Of a stretch of 64,000 nt of DNA, positions 18,739 through 28,811 are shown piece after piece. A model generated the notes under the pieces. The model was given only the letters and a program-made list of their open reading frames with translations. It was not told where the DNA came from and made no database searches. This stretch comes from an uncultured Pseudomonadota bacterium. Its GTDB lineage: Bacteria > Pseudomonadota > Alphaproteobacteria > RUG11792. A program made the position numbers and the translations under genes. Each line of letters starts with the position of its first letter. The stretch's first letter is position 1. The stretch is taken from positions 20,693 to 84,692 of the forward strand of contig CACXNL010000003.1 in the NCBI GenBank assembly GCA_902769055.1, given 5' to 3'.

Positions 18739-19971
18739 ATGAATAAACCCTTAGCTGAGTTGTTAAGACCAGCAAGCATTGATGAGATGGTTGGCTCAGA
18801 TTTGAGCCGTTTGAATGTGACGAGTCCTCAGTCTATGATATTGTGGGGTGCTCCCGGGTGCGGAAAGACGACGTTTGCAAAAATTGTGGCGAAGGAGAGT
18901 AAGCTACAAGTCGTCGTTTTATCAGCGGTCACATCCAGTACGGCGCAATACAAAAATGTTTTTGATTTGGCTGAGCGAGGCGCTCGGATACTCTTGCATG
19001 TCGACGAAATACATCACTTAAACAAATCTCAACAGGACATATTTTTACCACATTTGGAAAATGGAAATATAGTTTTGATCGGAACGACAACTGAAAATCC
19101 GTCGTTTGAATTAAGACCTGCGCTGTTGTCGCGTTGCAAAGTTATAGTATTCAAAAGGTTGTCGCTTGCTGATTTAGAAACGCTCTTAAAAAGGGCGGAG
19201 AAATATCTTGAGAAAGCGTTACCGCTGGATGCTGAAGCACGTGAGGCGCTTTGCGAAATGGCGGATGGAGACGGGCGGTATTTGCTCAATATGGTGGAAG
19301 ATATAGTTAACAATTCATCTAAAGATGAAACGATAAACGTAACGAAATTATCTGAAATATTATCAAAGCGAAGTATTATTTACGATAAGCACAACGATGA
19401 GCACTATAATTTGATAAGCGCTTTACACAAATCACTTCGCGGGTCGGATGTAAATGCCGCACTTTACTGGTTTGCTCGGATGCTGGAAGGTGGTGAAGAT
19501 CCGCTTTATATAGCTCGCCGTTTAATCAGATTTGCTACGGAAGATGTCGGCTTGGCAGATCCGAATGCTCTCACTCAGGCGATTTCGGCTCAACAGGCGT
19601 ACTCTTTCTTAGGCTCGCCTGAAGGTGAGTTGGCAATTTCTCAAGCTGTAATATACCTGGCGACAGCTCCGAAATCTAATGCTAATTATGTCGCTTTTAA
19701 CAACGCAAAGAAATTGGCAGCAAAAACTGGCTCTCTTATGCCTCCGAAGCATATACTCAACGCTCCAACAAAATTTATGAAAGAGCAAGGGTATGCTGAG
19801 GGCTACGTGTATGATCCGGATACACCAAGAGGATTTTCAGGGCAAAATTATTTTCCGGAGGAGGTGGCATCTCAGGAATTGTATACGCCGGTTGAGCGTG
19901 GGTTCGAGAGAGAAATTAAAAAACGCTTGGAGTACTGGCGCAAGCTACATCGAAGTTTTGCCGAATGCTAA
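18739..19971 (+). CDS. rarA: Replication-associated recombination protein A (MgsA/RarA AAA+ ATPase)
   Basis: 410 aa. Walker A GAPGCGKTT, Walker B LHVDEIHHLNK, MgsA C-terminal motifs YDKHNDEHYNLISALHKSLRGSD and LYWFARMLEGGEDP. Confidence 0.92.
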   Translation: MNKPLAELLRPASIDEMVGSDLSRLNVTSPQSMILWGAPGCGKTTFAKIVAKESKLQVVVLSAVTSSTAQYKNVFDLAERGARILLHVDEIHHLNKSQQDIFLPHLENGNIVLIGTTTENPSFELRPALLSRCKVIVFKRLSLADLETLLKRAEKYLEKALPLDAEAREALCEMADGDGRYLLNMVEDIVNNSSKDETINVTKLSEILSKRSIIYDKHNDEHYNLISALHKSLRGSDVNAALYWFARMLEGGEDPLYIARRLIRFATEDVGLADPNALTQAISAQQAYSFLGSPEGELAISQAVIYLATAPKSNANYVAFNNAKKLAAKTGSLMPPKHILNAPTKFMKEQGYAEGYVYDPDTPRGFSGQNYFPEEVASQELYTPVERGFEREIKKRLEYWRKLHRSFAEC

Positions 19972-20104
19972 CTTTGTTTACGTTTGTAGAATGTCGGGAT
20001 ATTTAAAAAAATGCCGCGCAATTCAACGCGGTTACGCCCGATCTTCACCTCATGTGTGCTACCATTTACTTACATGCATTTAAATACCATTTACCTCATC
20101 AAAG

Positions 20105-20130
20105 GAAGTCGATCTTGAAAGATCGACTTC
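20105..20130. terminator. Perfect 10-bp stem hairpin between convergent rarA and family gene F
   Basis: GAAGTCGATC-ttgaaa-GATCGACTTC lies immediately downstream of the minus-strand stop at 20139. A second hairpin (CCGCG..CGCGG, 20014-20031) is followed on the minus strand by a T7 run (20005-20011). Confidence 0.5.
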
Positions 20131-20138
20131 TTGGGGGT

Positions 20139-21773
20139 TTAGAACCAACCACGGACTGTGGCACCAATCCTTGATAATGCGCTCATTGTCTGGCTAGCTG
20201 CGGCTACCACTCGCCTTATAATAGGTCTAATCCACCTCTCATAGAAGCCCTGAGGACGCTGCTCTATTTTTATTACTTTGTTATGATCATCATTTATGAT
20301 TCGCGCTTGTTTGTTATTTTCGGTCTTCGGTTTATTTTCTTCGGCTATATTGCTCGGATTATTGGCACGCTTTATGTTTTGCGCCTGCTGATTATCGTCT
20401 TTCTCTTTATTCTCACCAGTAGTCTTTTGTGATTCCGTCGTTGACACCTCATTCTCTTCGGCGTTTTCAAATTTATGTGCCTGAGGCTCTTCAGTGTCAA
20501 TGTGGTTTTCTTGTATATTTCTCAATTGTAGTTCCGTGTTTCCTTGCTCATTTATGTGGATCTCATGGTTCTCGGGTTTATCAACTATTGTGTTCTCGAC
20601 TTTGTTGTCTTCTTCGTCATTCGGTTCCGTCTTATTCACTGCTTGATTATCCTTGTTAATCTCTGTCTTGTCTTCCTCCTCATCTGATCTTTCTAGGACT
20701 TCCTGTATAGATAGCTCGTCTTTTTTTTTGAGCTCGTTTTCATCAAGAGCAGGTTGTTGATTTTCGTCATTTAGATCAATTTCCAACTTAATCTCATCAC
20801 GTTTATCACTTTCTTCGTCTGACGGGATCCCCTCTGGCTCCTCGCGCGCTAGTTTCTGGAAAAATTTATCCTGCTGTGCTTGGTTGTGCTGGGCGGTGAG
20901 CTTTTTATACTCGTTTTCTTCTTTCTCCCAGTCAATCGCGCTAATCTCGTTCTTAGGTAGTATCGGGTACTCTTTATGATCTTCTTCATACTGTTCCTGT
21001 AATTGATAATAGAGCTTCTGCGTGCTTATTCTGTGTCTGTTATTACTTAGCCATTTTCTAATTTTTTTCTCTTGTTGGTTCATCTTCTTCTTGTCTGTGG
21101 GTTGAGGAGTATAACCATTGAACATGTAGTATATGTTTAATGGTGTCCTATGTTGGTCACCAAACGCCGATATATTAACACATGGCAGTTTGTCGCAGCC
21201 TTTGAACATTCCATTAGTGTTTATCACATTAGATGTATCGAAAGTCCACATATGTAACTGTCTCAAGTTCTTTAGACCATTGAACATGTTAGTCATAATC
21301 ATAGTCTGGCTGGTATCTACAGACCTAAATTGTATGCTCCATATTGACGTCGACTTATTGAACATCGCGCTACAATCCATCGGCATCTTGACCTTTTTCC
21401 CATGCTCCTCACCAATGATCAGGTGCAACTGCAATTTGGGTGAGTCAAGTCCAGCAAATGCGTCGTCAGCCAATACAACTCGCTTACCGCTAATTTCTCC
21501 AGGAATTGCTAATGTCAGTTCAACATCCCGAGACGGCTTCTGCGTCATAACCAACTTCAAACACACTTCATCCCCAGTCGATCCAGGAACCGTTATGAAT
21601 TTTAGAAACTGCGATTTTAGCTGTGTAGATATTTTGTTCCGCGTGGCTTGGTCTCCAAGATTGCAAAGCAGATTTTGCCTTGCTACGGCGCCATGCGCTA
21701 CCTCAAGACTACTCATTGCCGCGAGCAACACCGCTCCGCTCAGTAACAAGGTTCTGTTTTTCATTTCCATCAT
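20139..21773 (-). CDS. Family member F: secreted protein with a BspA/DUF285-like repeat region, acidic C-terminal half and conserved basic Trp tail
   Basis: 544 aa. Signal peptide MKNRTLLLSGAVLLAAMSSLEVAHG. Repeats of the form MFN..........D.S (CSAMFNKSTSIWSIQFRSVDTSQTMIMTNMFNGLKNLRQLHMWTFDTSNVINTNGMFKGCDKL). E/D/N/K-rich tail region. C-terminus FYERWIRPIIRRVV...RGWF. Confidence 0.75.
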   Translation of the reverse strand: MMEMKNRTLLLSGAVLLAAMSSLEVAHGAVARQNLLCNLGDQATRNKISTQLKSQFLKFITVPGSTGDEVCLKLVMTQKPSRDVELTLAIPGEISGKRVVLADDAFAGLDSPKLQLHLIIGEEHGKKVKMPMDCSAMFNKSTSIWSIQFRSVDTSQTMIMTNMFNGLKNLRQLHMWTFDTSNVINTNGMFKGCDKLPCVNISAFGDQHRTPLNIYYMFNGYTPQPTDKKKMNQQEKKIRKWLSNNRHRISTQKLYYQLQEQYEEDHKEYPILPKNEISAIDWEKEENEYKKLTAQHNQAQQDKFFQKLAREEPEGIPSDEESDKRDEIKLEIDLNDENQQPALDENELKKKDELSIQEVLERSDEEEDKTEINKDNQAVNKTEPNDEEDNKVENTIVDKPENHEIHINEQGNTELQLRNIQENHIDTEEPQAHKFENAEENEVSTTESQKTTGENKEKDDNQQAQNIKRANNPSNIAEENKPKTENNKQARIINDDHNKVIKIEQRPQGFYERWIRPIIRRVVAAASQTMSALSRIGATVRGWF

Positions 21774-21804
21774 AAGAAAACACCTCTATAAAGTTTACGG
21801 AGTA

Positions 21805-21833
21805 ATTCTATCCCCCCCCCCCACCTTCGTCAA
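21805..21833 (-). promoter_or_regulatory. Predicted sigma70-type promoter of family gene F with a G11 tract in the spacer
   Basis: Minus strand reads TTGACG-aaggt-G11-a-TAGAAT, giving a 17-nt spacer. The tract is C11 at 21812-21822 on the plus strand. Confidence 0.55.
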
Positions 21834-21901
21834 CATATTTTTTATTATTTTTATCCAAAATTATTCATAAAAATAAAATTCGTGATAAAACTCTAAAAAC
21901 A

Positions 21902-22954
21902 TTAGCTTAATTTTGTGCTTTTTGAGATAATTCCTCCGCCGATGACGGCGTTATTTTCATTGTATATTGCACAGATTTGTCCTGGAGTTACAGGTGTTTT
22001 TGACATTTCTAGAAGCTCAATGGTAGCTCCGGTTGCAGTTTTTGTTACCGTAGCGCTAGTCTTTGCTGCCGATGAACGCAATTTTACTTTTGCTTCAAAT
22101 TTATCCGGGCAATCCATTATCCAATTCGTCGCAAACAAGTCAAACTTATTACGGCGTAATTCCTCCAATGAACCGACAGTGATCTGATTATTACTTCGTT
22201 CGACGTCGACAACATACAGTGGTTCGTTATATGCAACTCCGACACCTCGGCGTTGCCCGATGGTGTAATTTTCAATACCGTTGTGCTTTCCCAAGATTTG
22301 CTTTGTACCCGCCAAAACAATATCTCCCGGCACTGACAAATTCATATTTGAATAAAACTCGTGTAAAAAATCTTTGTAATTCCCATGCTTAATAAAGCAA
22401 ATATCCTGGCTATCCTTCTTATCAAAATTCGGCAATCCAAATTCCACCGCCATTTTTCGTGTTATCGATTTATCCTCAATTTCACCTAACGGGAACCGCA
22501 CGTACTTCAAGTTATTTCTATCTACCAGCGATAAAAAATAGCTTTGGTCTTTGTGCGCATTCGCCGCTTCCAGCATTTCCACATTGTCGCCATCGACATT
22601 CATACGTATGTAATGCCCGGTCGCCATTAAATCCGCCCCATGTGCCAATGCAAACTTCAGCAATAAATTCATCTTTATGTCTCTATTGCACAATGCACAG
22701 GGGTTCGGCGTCATTCCATTCGCGTAATATTCAGCAAACACATCCATAACACATCGCTTATACTCATCGCGCGCCGACATTACGTAATGCTTTATGCCCA
22801 AAATATCGCAAACTTGCCGCGCATTCTCTATGTCGGATACCCAATCTGCGTGGTTATCCATCGTTATTCCGAATATTTCGTGACCCTGTGATTTCAACAA
22901 AGCGGCGGTAGTCGAAGAATCGACCCCGCCGGACATAGCTACTGCGATGACCAT
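21902..22954 (-). CDS. mnmA: tRNA-specific 2-thiouridylase
   Basis: PP-loop AVAMSGGVDSS begins right after Met at 22954. DQSYFL motif present. The ORF-track extension to 23104 overlaps the upstream transporter; TAATG stop/start overlap at 22954. Confidence 0.92.
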   Translation of the reverse strand: MVIAVAMSGGVDSSTTAALLKSQGHEIFGITMDNHADWVSDIENARQVCDILGIKHYVMSARDEYKRCVMDVFAEYYANGMTPNPCALCNRDIKMNLLLKFALAHGADLMATGHYIRMNVDGDNVEMLEAANAHKDQSYFLSLVDRNNLKYVRFPLGEIEDKSITRKMAVEFGLPNFDKKDSQDICFIKHGNYKDFLHEFYSNMNLSVPGDIVLAGTKQILGKHNGIENYTIGQRRGVGVAYNEPLYVVDVERSNNQITVGSLEELRRNKFDLFATNWIMDCPDKFEAKVKLRSSAAKTSATVTKTATGATIELLEMSKTPVTPGQICAIYNENNAVIGGGIISKSTKLS

Positions 22955-24066
22955 TATGCGTTCTTCTTTGCCGTTGCGAAGTAATAAGTCACGCGTGCAA
23001 TTACGAATACAATCAATGCTGGGTACAACTTCGACAATACCATCGCCATTAGCGAACAAATCTTCGCAAAACCAAGCAGCGACATACCCAAAGTACAGGC
23101 ACAAGTGATTAGCAATATTACACTGCGATTGAACTTCTCCTTTAGAAGCGTCTTATGGACATAGTCAGTAAACATGGATGTTATCGCGATATTCGTCGCA
23201 AGGCATCCGACCGCTATCACAATTCCAACAAATATGGTTGCAAAGTTTCCCATTGAAATATCAGCAATCTTCGCAAATAACGATTCGTCCGGCGTCCCTG
23301 AAAGCTGCGCGGAATACTTTGCGCCTATATACGCCAATCCGGTGTATACAACCGCTAGCAGTACGCCGCCCACGACGCAAGCCCATCCTGAAAACTTTAT
23401 GAGCAACTTCTTGTTACTCCGTTCTGCTTCAGGTAGAGCGTTTCTTATATACATATAAATCGGAGCAGTCAGGAAGAACGCCGTAACTAAGTCCATTGTC
23501 TGATACCCCATCTCGAAGCCATCAACAAATGCCTTCGATGCAGGGAACTCAGTTGCGGGAATATCTGAATTCGCCATAAACATAGCCGCTAAAATCACAA
23601 TCGCAACGCCCCCAAATTTGAGTGGGGTGAATATAGTTCCCATAAGCTGCACTAATTTTCCAGGGTTCCACGCCAAGAGCATTGTTACAGCGCAGAAGAT
23701 TATGTTGAAAAGCAAAGCGGGACAGTCCGGCATAGCGACGTTAATCCCGCCAAAAGCAACGTTGACACACCGCGCGGACACGCCGAAAGGACCAACCATT
23801 ATCATAACGAGCAGCATAAACAGGGCGGTAACGTGCTTGCCGAGGGGTTTCATGTACTTCTCCGTGTCCGCCTCAAAAAGCATGCTTCCGAAGTAGCCAA
23901 ACATAGGGATTGCGACGGCGGCAAGGAGCCAGCCCAAATTAGCAATAGTCCATCCAGAAGCGAAATTTTTCCCAAGGATCGGCGGAAACGCGATGTTTCC
24001 AGAGCCAAATAGCATCGCGAAAATCGCGAACCCAGCCACGACGACACGCCTAAACACATTCTTCAT
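22954..24066 (-). CDS. Branched-chain amino acid transporter-like permease (BrnQ/LIVCS family)
   Basis: 370 aa with about 10-11 TM helices. The N-terminus AGFAIFAMLFGSGNIAFPPILG matches the BrnQ signature (F.LF.GAGN.IFPP..G). Shorter than typical BrnQ. Confidence 0.7.
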   Translation of the reverse strand: MKNVFRRVVVAGFAIFAMLFGSGNIAFPPILGKNFASGWTIANLGWLLAAVAIPMFGYFGSMLFEADTEKYMKPLGKHVTALFMLLVMIMVGPFGVSARCVNVAFGGINVAMPDCPALLFNIIFCAVTMLLAWNPGKLVQLMGTIFTPLKFGGVAIVILAAMFMANSDIPATEFPASKAFVDGFEMGYQTMDLVTAFFLTAPIYMYIRNALPEAERSNKKLLIKFSGWACVVGGVLLAVVYTGLAYIGAKYSAQLSGTPDESLFAKIADISMGNFATIFVGIVIAVGCLATNIAITSMFTDYVHKTLLKEKFNRSVILLITCACTLGMSLLGFAKICSLMAMVLSKLYPALIVFVIARVTYYFATAKKNA

Positions 24067-24206
24067 AATGCTACTTCTTACAAAACGGATATACGCACGG
24101 ATTATACCACAGTTTTGCGAAAGGTTAGGTTAACAGGAAATCAGTGGCTGTATGAAAGTGTTTATGGCATCGAAAATTTCAATCTTTAGCTTTGCAATAG
24201 AACTGA

Positions 24207-24235
24207 TTGCCGGCGATTTTTATAGATGTTAGAAT
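24207..24235 (+). promoter_or_regulatory. Predicted sigma70-type promoter of dapD
   Basis: TTGCCG - 17 nt - TAGAAT, 30 nt upstream of ATG 24265. It overlaps the ORF-track start at 24226, which argues for the downstream start. Confidence 0.5.
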
Positions 24236-24264
24236 GGCGGGTTAGTACGTTTTGGAGATCTAAT

Positions 24265-25035
24265 ATGGAGCATTTGGAAAAGTTAATCAGTGAGGCGGAA
24301 CAAAACACAGTAAGTGATAAAGAATTGCTGAAAGCTGTGGATGAAGTTTTTGAACTGTTGAATGCTGGAAAGATCCGTGTCGCCCAAAAGATAGATGGTG
24401 TTTGGAGCGTTACTTCCTGGATAAAGAAGGCGATACTTCTCGCATTTAGATTGAAAAAAGCTGTGCCACAGGAATTTGATTGTTACGATAAACTGGGGCT
24501 TCTGAAATACGATTATGACAATCCGCGATACAGAAAAGTGCCAAACGCGACCCTTAGAGAAGGGGTATATGTCGGCGATGATGCAGTTATTATGCCGAGT
24601 TATATCAATGTCGGTGCGTATATTGGAAATAAAACGATGATTGATATAAATGCTACGGTTGGATCATGCGCTCAGATTGGGGCAAATTGCCATATTTCAG
24701 CTTCTGCGGTCATCGGAGGAGTTCTTGAGCCTGCCGGTGCATTGCCTGTGATTATAGAAGACAACTGCTTCATCGGCGTCCATAGCTCCATCCTTGAAGG
24801 GATTTTAGTTCAAGAAGGCGCGGTGATCGCATCTGGCGTTTCAATTTCAGCATCAACCAAAATAATTAACAGAGAGAATGGGAACGTCGTGTATGGCACA
24901 ATTCCTCCAGGGGCTGTTGTCGTTTCAGGCAGTTACCCAAGCAAAAACGGGGTTAATGTATCCTGCGCTGTAATAGTGAAGCAAGTGGATGCGAGAACCC
25001 GTTCGAAATCGAGTATCAATGAACTACTGAGATGA
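24265..25035 (+). CDS. dapD: 2,3,4,5-tetrahydropyridine-2,6-dicarboxylate N-succinyltransferase
   Basis: N-terminal DapD helical domain (GKIRVAQKIDGVWSVTSWIKKAILLAFR) followed by left-handed beta-helix hexapeptide repeats. Confidence 0.9.
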   Translation: MEHLEKLISEAEQNTVSDKELLKAVDEVFELLNAGKIRVAQKIDGVWSVTSWIKKAILLAFRLKKAVPQEFDCYDKLGLLKYDYDNPRYRKVPNATLREGVYVGDDAVIMPSYINVGAYIGNKTMIDINATVGSCAQIGANCHISASAVIGGVLEPAGALPVIIEDNCFIGVHSSILEGILVQEGAVIASGVSISASTKIINRENGNVVYGTIPPGAVVVSGSYPSKNGVNVSCAVIVKQVDARTRSKSSINELLR

Positions 25036-25042
25036 GATATAT

Positions 25043-27115
25043 CTATTGGACGTATTGGTTTACGAAATTCGCAAATATTGGCAAAGCAACTTTTGCTCCA
25101 GTCATATGTTCTCCGAGCGATTTGGGGGTGGAGTAGCCGACGAAAGTGCAGACCAGCAGTGTTCTGTCGGCTTTCTTTACTGCGCCTAAAAACCAAGCAT
25201 CTTTATAGTCGTTTGTAGTGCCTGTTTTACCGAAAAGTTTCACATTATATTTGTCCTCTAAATCGGCTATTTTACTGCCGGTGCCTACAACTACCGCATC
25301 GTGAAGTATATTTTGCATCACTTTAGCGGTACTTGGGGATATCACATTTTTCTGGCGCTGTGTCACTACCAAATCATTTATATTTGCCTTCATTATAAAT
25401 TTCGGATGGACGATTTGCCCATCGTTAAAAAATGCCGAGAATGCCTCAAGTAACTTCACTGGACAAACCTCTATGGAACCTAAAACCGCCGATATTGGAA
25501 CATTTCCTTTCGTTAATTCAAAAGACTTCAGCGTCTGTGAAATCTTGTCCATCCCGATCTCCAGCGCCAGATTAACAGTAGAGAGATTGCGCGAATATAT
25601 AAGACCATCCCGCAAATACGTTTCTCCATGCGCTTTACCGTCGTAATTATGTGGCGTATACTTCTCGCCACTCTTCAACGTTATCGTCACCGGCTTATCA
25701 TAAATAAGGTCGTATTCGTCCTTGCCATTTTCCAGCGCGGACGCATATACAAACGGCTTTATTGTCGAACCCGGTTGGCGCATAGCCTGCGTCATACAAT
25801 TAAAAGCACTAATATCGGGACTGTATCCACCAACTAACGCCAAAATATCTCCGCTGTGAGCATCCATAACGATTATGCCACCGGTAACCTTCGGCGTTTG
25901 ATACAATTCATATGAGTTCTTGCCAATCTCACGACATAACACAACATCTCCTTTCTTAAATTTCGCGTCCTTATATTTGGTGCTATTTGCCCAAACATCG
26001 ATAGTCTTCCCATTCGAAGTTTGGCTCCTTATGCAATCTTTTAATACGTCCTTCACAATACACGCCTGGATTTTGCATATTGTTGTCGGTAAGTTTGCAT
26101 TTAGTTGCTCCAAATTCATATCAGGATTTTTTAGCACGTTCCCTATAGTTCCATTCCACCGCGTCCGCTTCGTATACTCAATCAGCCCATCTTCCAGAGC
26201 TTTCTGTGCCATATACTGTATCTTTCTATCAAGCGTCGTCGTTATCTGATATCCATTTCTGAAAAAATCGTTGCGTGAAATAGCTTTAGTGACTATTCTG
26301 AATATCTCATCAGAAAAATACGGCGCGCGTAGTTTCTGCTTCTTATGTTTTATTTTAATTGGTTTGTTAAAGTATTTCTTAAACTGCGTTTTATCAATAT
26401 ACCCCATTTCATGCATTTGATTTAAAATAGCATTTCTTTTTCTGAGCAACTTTAAAGAGTTTTTCTTATTTATATATACCATCGGCGCGCTAGGTAGCGA
26501 AGCCAGAAATGCCGCTTCGTGTGGCTCAATCTGATCAAGTTTCTTGCCAAAGTAATAATCGCAAGCCTCAGCTATTCCATAGCAACCTTTGCCCAGATAT
26601 AGTTGGTTTAGGTAAAATTCCAAAATCTTATCTTTGGGGATTACTGCTTCTATACGGAATGCCATTATTGCCTCCCGGATTTTTCTAGTTATGGTTCTGG
26701 CATTTCCAACTAGCAAGTTCTTCGCTATCTGCTGAGTTATGGTTGAGCCCCCCGCTGGCTTCCTTGTCCAATTCTTCCGTGCTGTATTATCTGTTATCGC
26801 GCGAAATAAACTTGTTATGCTTATTCCTGAATGATTGTAGAATTCCCGATCCTCGGCAACTATGAATGCTCCTTTTATAATTGTCGGAATTTTATTTAAG
26901 TCCGTTATAACACGATGCTCGATTGCGTATTCTTCAATCAATTCGCCGTCCCGTGAAAAAATTCGCGTCGTTCTGGGGGGGCTGTACCTGACCAAAGTTT
27001 GGTCGCTCGGCAAATCCTTTCCAAAAATATACAAAATAGCAAACGCTGCGCTAGCTAGTACAAAAAAAATACTGATGATGTAGAATACCAAACTCGCAAC
27101 TCGCTTCGGTAACAT
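25043..27115 (-). CDS. mrcA: Penicillin-binding protein 1A (bifunctional transglycosylase/transpeptidase)
   Basis: 690 aa. N-terminal anchor, GT51 motifs AEDREFYNHSG, GGSTITQQ, RKIREA, and transpeptidase motifs STIKP and KTGTTN. Confidence 0.9.
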   Translation of the reverse strand: MLPKRVASLVFYIISIFFVLASAAFAILYIFGKDLPSDQTLVRYSPPRTTRIFSRDGELIEEYAIEHRVITDLNKIPTIIKGAFIVAEDREFYNHSGISITSLFRAITDNTARKNWTRKPAGGSTITQQIAKNLLVGNARTITRKIREAIMAFRIEAVIPKDKILEFYLNQLYLGKGCYGIAEACDYYFGKKLDQIEPHEAAFLASLPSAPMVYINKKNSLKLLRKRNAILNQMHEMGYIDKTQFKKYFNKPIKIKHKKQKLRAPYFSDEIFRIVTKAISRNDFFRNGYQITTTLDRKIQYMAQKALEDGLIEYTKRTRWNGTIGNVLKNPDMNLEQLNANLPTTICKIQACIVKDVLKDCIRSQTSNGKTIDVWANSTKYKDAKFKKGDVVLCREIGKNSYELYQTPKVTGGIIVMDAHSGDILALVGGYSPDISAFNCMTQAMRQPGSTIKPFVYASALENGKDEYDLIYDKPVTITLKSGEKYTPHNYDGKAHGETYLRDGLIYSRNLSTVNLALEIGMDKISQTLKSFELTKGNVPISAVLGSIEVCPVKLLEAFSAFFNDGQIVHPKFIMKANINDLVVTQRQKNVISPSTAKVMQNILHDAVVVGTGSKIADLEDKYNVKLFGKTGTTNDYKDAWFLGAVKKADRTLLVCTFVGYSTPKSLGEHMTGAKVALPIFANFVNQYVQ

Positions 27116-27117
27116 CG

Positions 27118-28524
27118 TTAGTATCTATTGCGCTTCGATTCCTTCTTACTCGCCGGAATTAAACCAACAACTTGTATATTCACGTTTCGCTTGAATTTCT
27201 TGAATTTAGCCAACCGCTCTCCAGCTAATTTCTCGGGAGCGGCTCCTATCACCGTTAATGGATTTATTGGACGCCCATTCTTCAGCACCTCGTAGTGCAA
27301 ATGATATCCAGTCGAGTTGCCAGATTTTCCTGTGTATCCGATTATTTGACCCTTCATGACGCGTTGCCCGTTTCTAACAATTATGCGGTTTAAATGACCG
27401 TACGCAGTACTTATCGCGTGGGCGTGCTTGATTTTTACATAGCGCCCATATCCTGAATAATACGCCGCCTTCGCTACAATACCACTCGCCGGGGCTCGCA
27501 CAGGAGTTCCGTTATTCGCCGACAAGTCAACACCCTTGTGCATCTTCACCCGCCCGCTTATTGGATGACGTCGTACTCCAAATGGAGATGTAACCTTCAT
27601 GATACCGAGGGGGTTAGCCAGCATCGAGCCTGATTTCGCTACTGTACTTAATATCACGCCGTTTGCGTCTACGAACTCACTTGCATTTCCATAGGAAAAC
27701 TTATATATTCGCCTAATTTTTCCGTTTATGAAAACCGAGGCATATAGCAATTCCGACTTCCCGACCTTGTGTCCTTCGTCGTCGTAATAATCCTGATACA
27801 AAAACTCGAAATCTACCGGGGATCTCGCGGACTTTATATCTGCAATGTGCGACAACCCGCGTAATGCCTCCGCCGACACACTTGCCTTAACTCCACACTT
27901 CTTCAGCGAATGTGATGGAGATTTTGGAGAAATTCGTCCGGATATGCTTTTAACAACCTTTCTAAGCGGAATGTCAATCTTCTTGGTACTGTATCCCGTG
28001 TTTGCCTTGGATACGACAATCTTTGACTTGTAATCCGGTCGCAACTCGATGCCGGTCAAAGCCAAGTCTCCAGATTTATCGCGCATTCCGTTAACCACCA
28101 ATTTTTGACCTATCTTTAAATTTCGCAAATTGAAAACTCTCGACAGAGCTCTTGAAGCTAAATGCACGTCAGTTTTATCGAAGCCGAGTTTTGTTATAAC
28201 GCTAGCCAATGTATCGCCGCTACTTATCGTTACCTCTTTTTCTCCAGCAGGTAAAAATGGATCTCGTTGCCCCGCATCGGCTTGTTCCTCGGTTTCAATC
28301 AGCCTGTTATTGCTACCATCTTCTTCGTCATTGGCATCAACATCTGAGTCACTCACATCTTCATTGTCAGAGCCGGAATTATCCTCAGTACTGTCAGGAA
28401 GCATCTCTGGTTTATACATCGCATACTCAACCACAGCTATAGTCGACGCCAAAGCCATCAAACAAAAACTAGCAAGATGCGACCTTCTGACTAGCATCCG
28501 AAAAATCCCACTGTCAACAACCAT
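27118..28524 (-). CDS. M23 family metallopeptidase with an OapA/LysM-like domain
   Basis: 468 aa. TM anchor, acidic linker, VTISSGDTLASVITKLG (LysM/OapA-like), and M23 motifs HKGVDL, YGRYVKIKH, GNSTGYHLHYEV. Confidence 0.85.
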   Translation of the reverse strand: MVVDSGIFRMLVRRSHLASFCLMALASTIAVVEYAMYKPEMLPDSTEDNSGSDNEDVSDSDVDANDEEDGSNNRLIETEEQADAGQRDPFLPAGEKEVTISSGDTLASVITKLGFDKTDVHLASRALSRVFNLRNLKIGQKLVVNGMRDKSGDLALTGIELRPDYKSKIVVSKANTGYSTKKIDIPLRKVVKSISGRISPKSPSHSLKKCGVKASVSAEALRGLSHIADIKSARSPVDFEFLYQDYYDDEGHKVGKSELLYASVFINGKIRRIYKFSYGNASEFVDANGVILSTVAKSGSMLANPLGIMKVTSPFGVRRHPISGRVKMHKGVDLSANNGTPVRAPASGIVAKAAYYSGYGRYVKIKHAHAISTAYGHLNRIIVRNGQRVMKGQIIGYTGKSGNSTGYHLHYEVLKNGRPINPLTVIGAAPEKLAGERLAKFKKFKRNVNIQVVGLIPASKKESKRNRY

Positions 28525-28753
28525 GCTTCGATTGTATGAAATTGCTTACGAAACGTCAAGAGAAGAGAGGGCTACCAAATAAAACTGCGAGCTATAACTT
28601 TTTCAGAGATGATGTGATTTTTGCAATCTCTACAATGTCGGCAGCATTTCTCACAGATAGAGAATTTTACAGCTGCAATAAAGTAAATTTATGAAAAATA
28701 TCCTTTTTTGCTTTTTTTAATCATTTTTTTTTGTACGTTTTGTTAAAAAAGTG

Positions 28754-28783
28754 TTAACATATGTCGCGGGGGGTGGGGAATTG
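28754..28783 (+). promoter_or_regulatory. Family promoter module of gene E with an interrupted tract (G6-T-G4)
   Basis: TTAACA-tatgtcgc-GGGGGGTGGGG-aattg. Same layout as the other family promoters, but the tract is broken by T at 28774 and no good -10 hexamer follows. Confidence 0.35.
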
Positions 28784-28811
28784 TTCTAGAAGTTTTTAAG
28801 GAGTGTTAAAA

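Noticed and set aside
22952-22956. Frequent 1-4-nt stop/start overlaps between functionally unrelated genes: brnQ-like/mnmA, ftsH/glmM, kdsA/pepP/pgk, iscU-iscA/ruvA, recJ/murB
   Set aside because: This is consistent with general genome compaction in reduced genomes and is not evidence of functional coupling by itself.
26975-26981. G7 run inside mrcA (Pro-Pro codons on the minus strand), with G6 runs in pnp (49079-49084) and potA (5221-5226)
   Set aside because: They lie inside essential housekeeping genes and encode conserved Pro-Pro or Gly-Gly. They are shorter than the family tracts and are not associated with the promoter module. I did not treat them as contingency loci, although the G7 is a possible sequencing-error hotspot.
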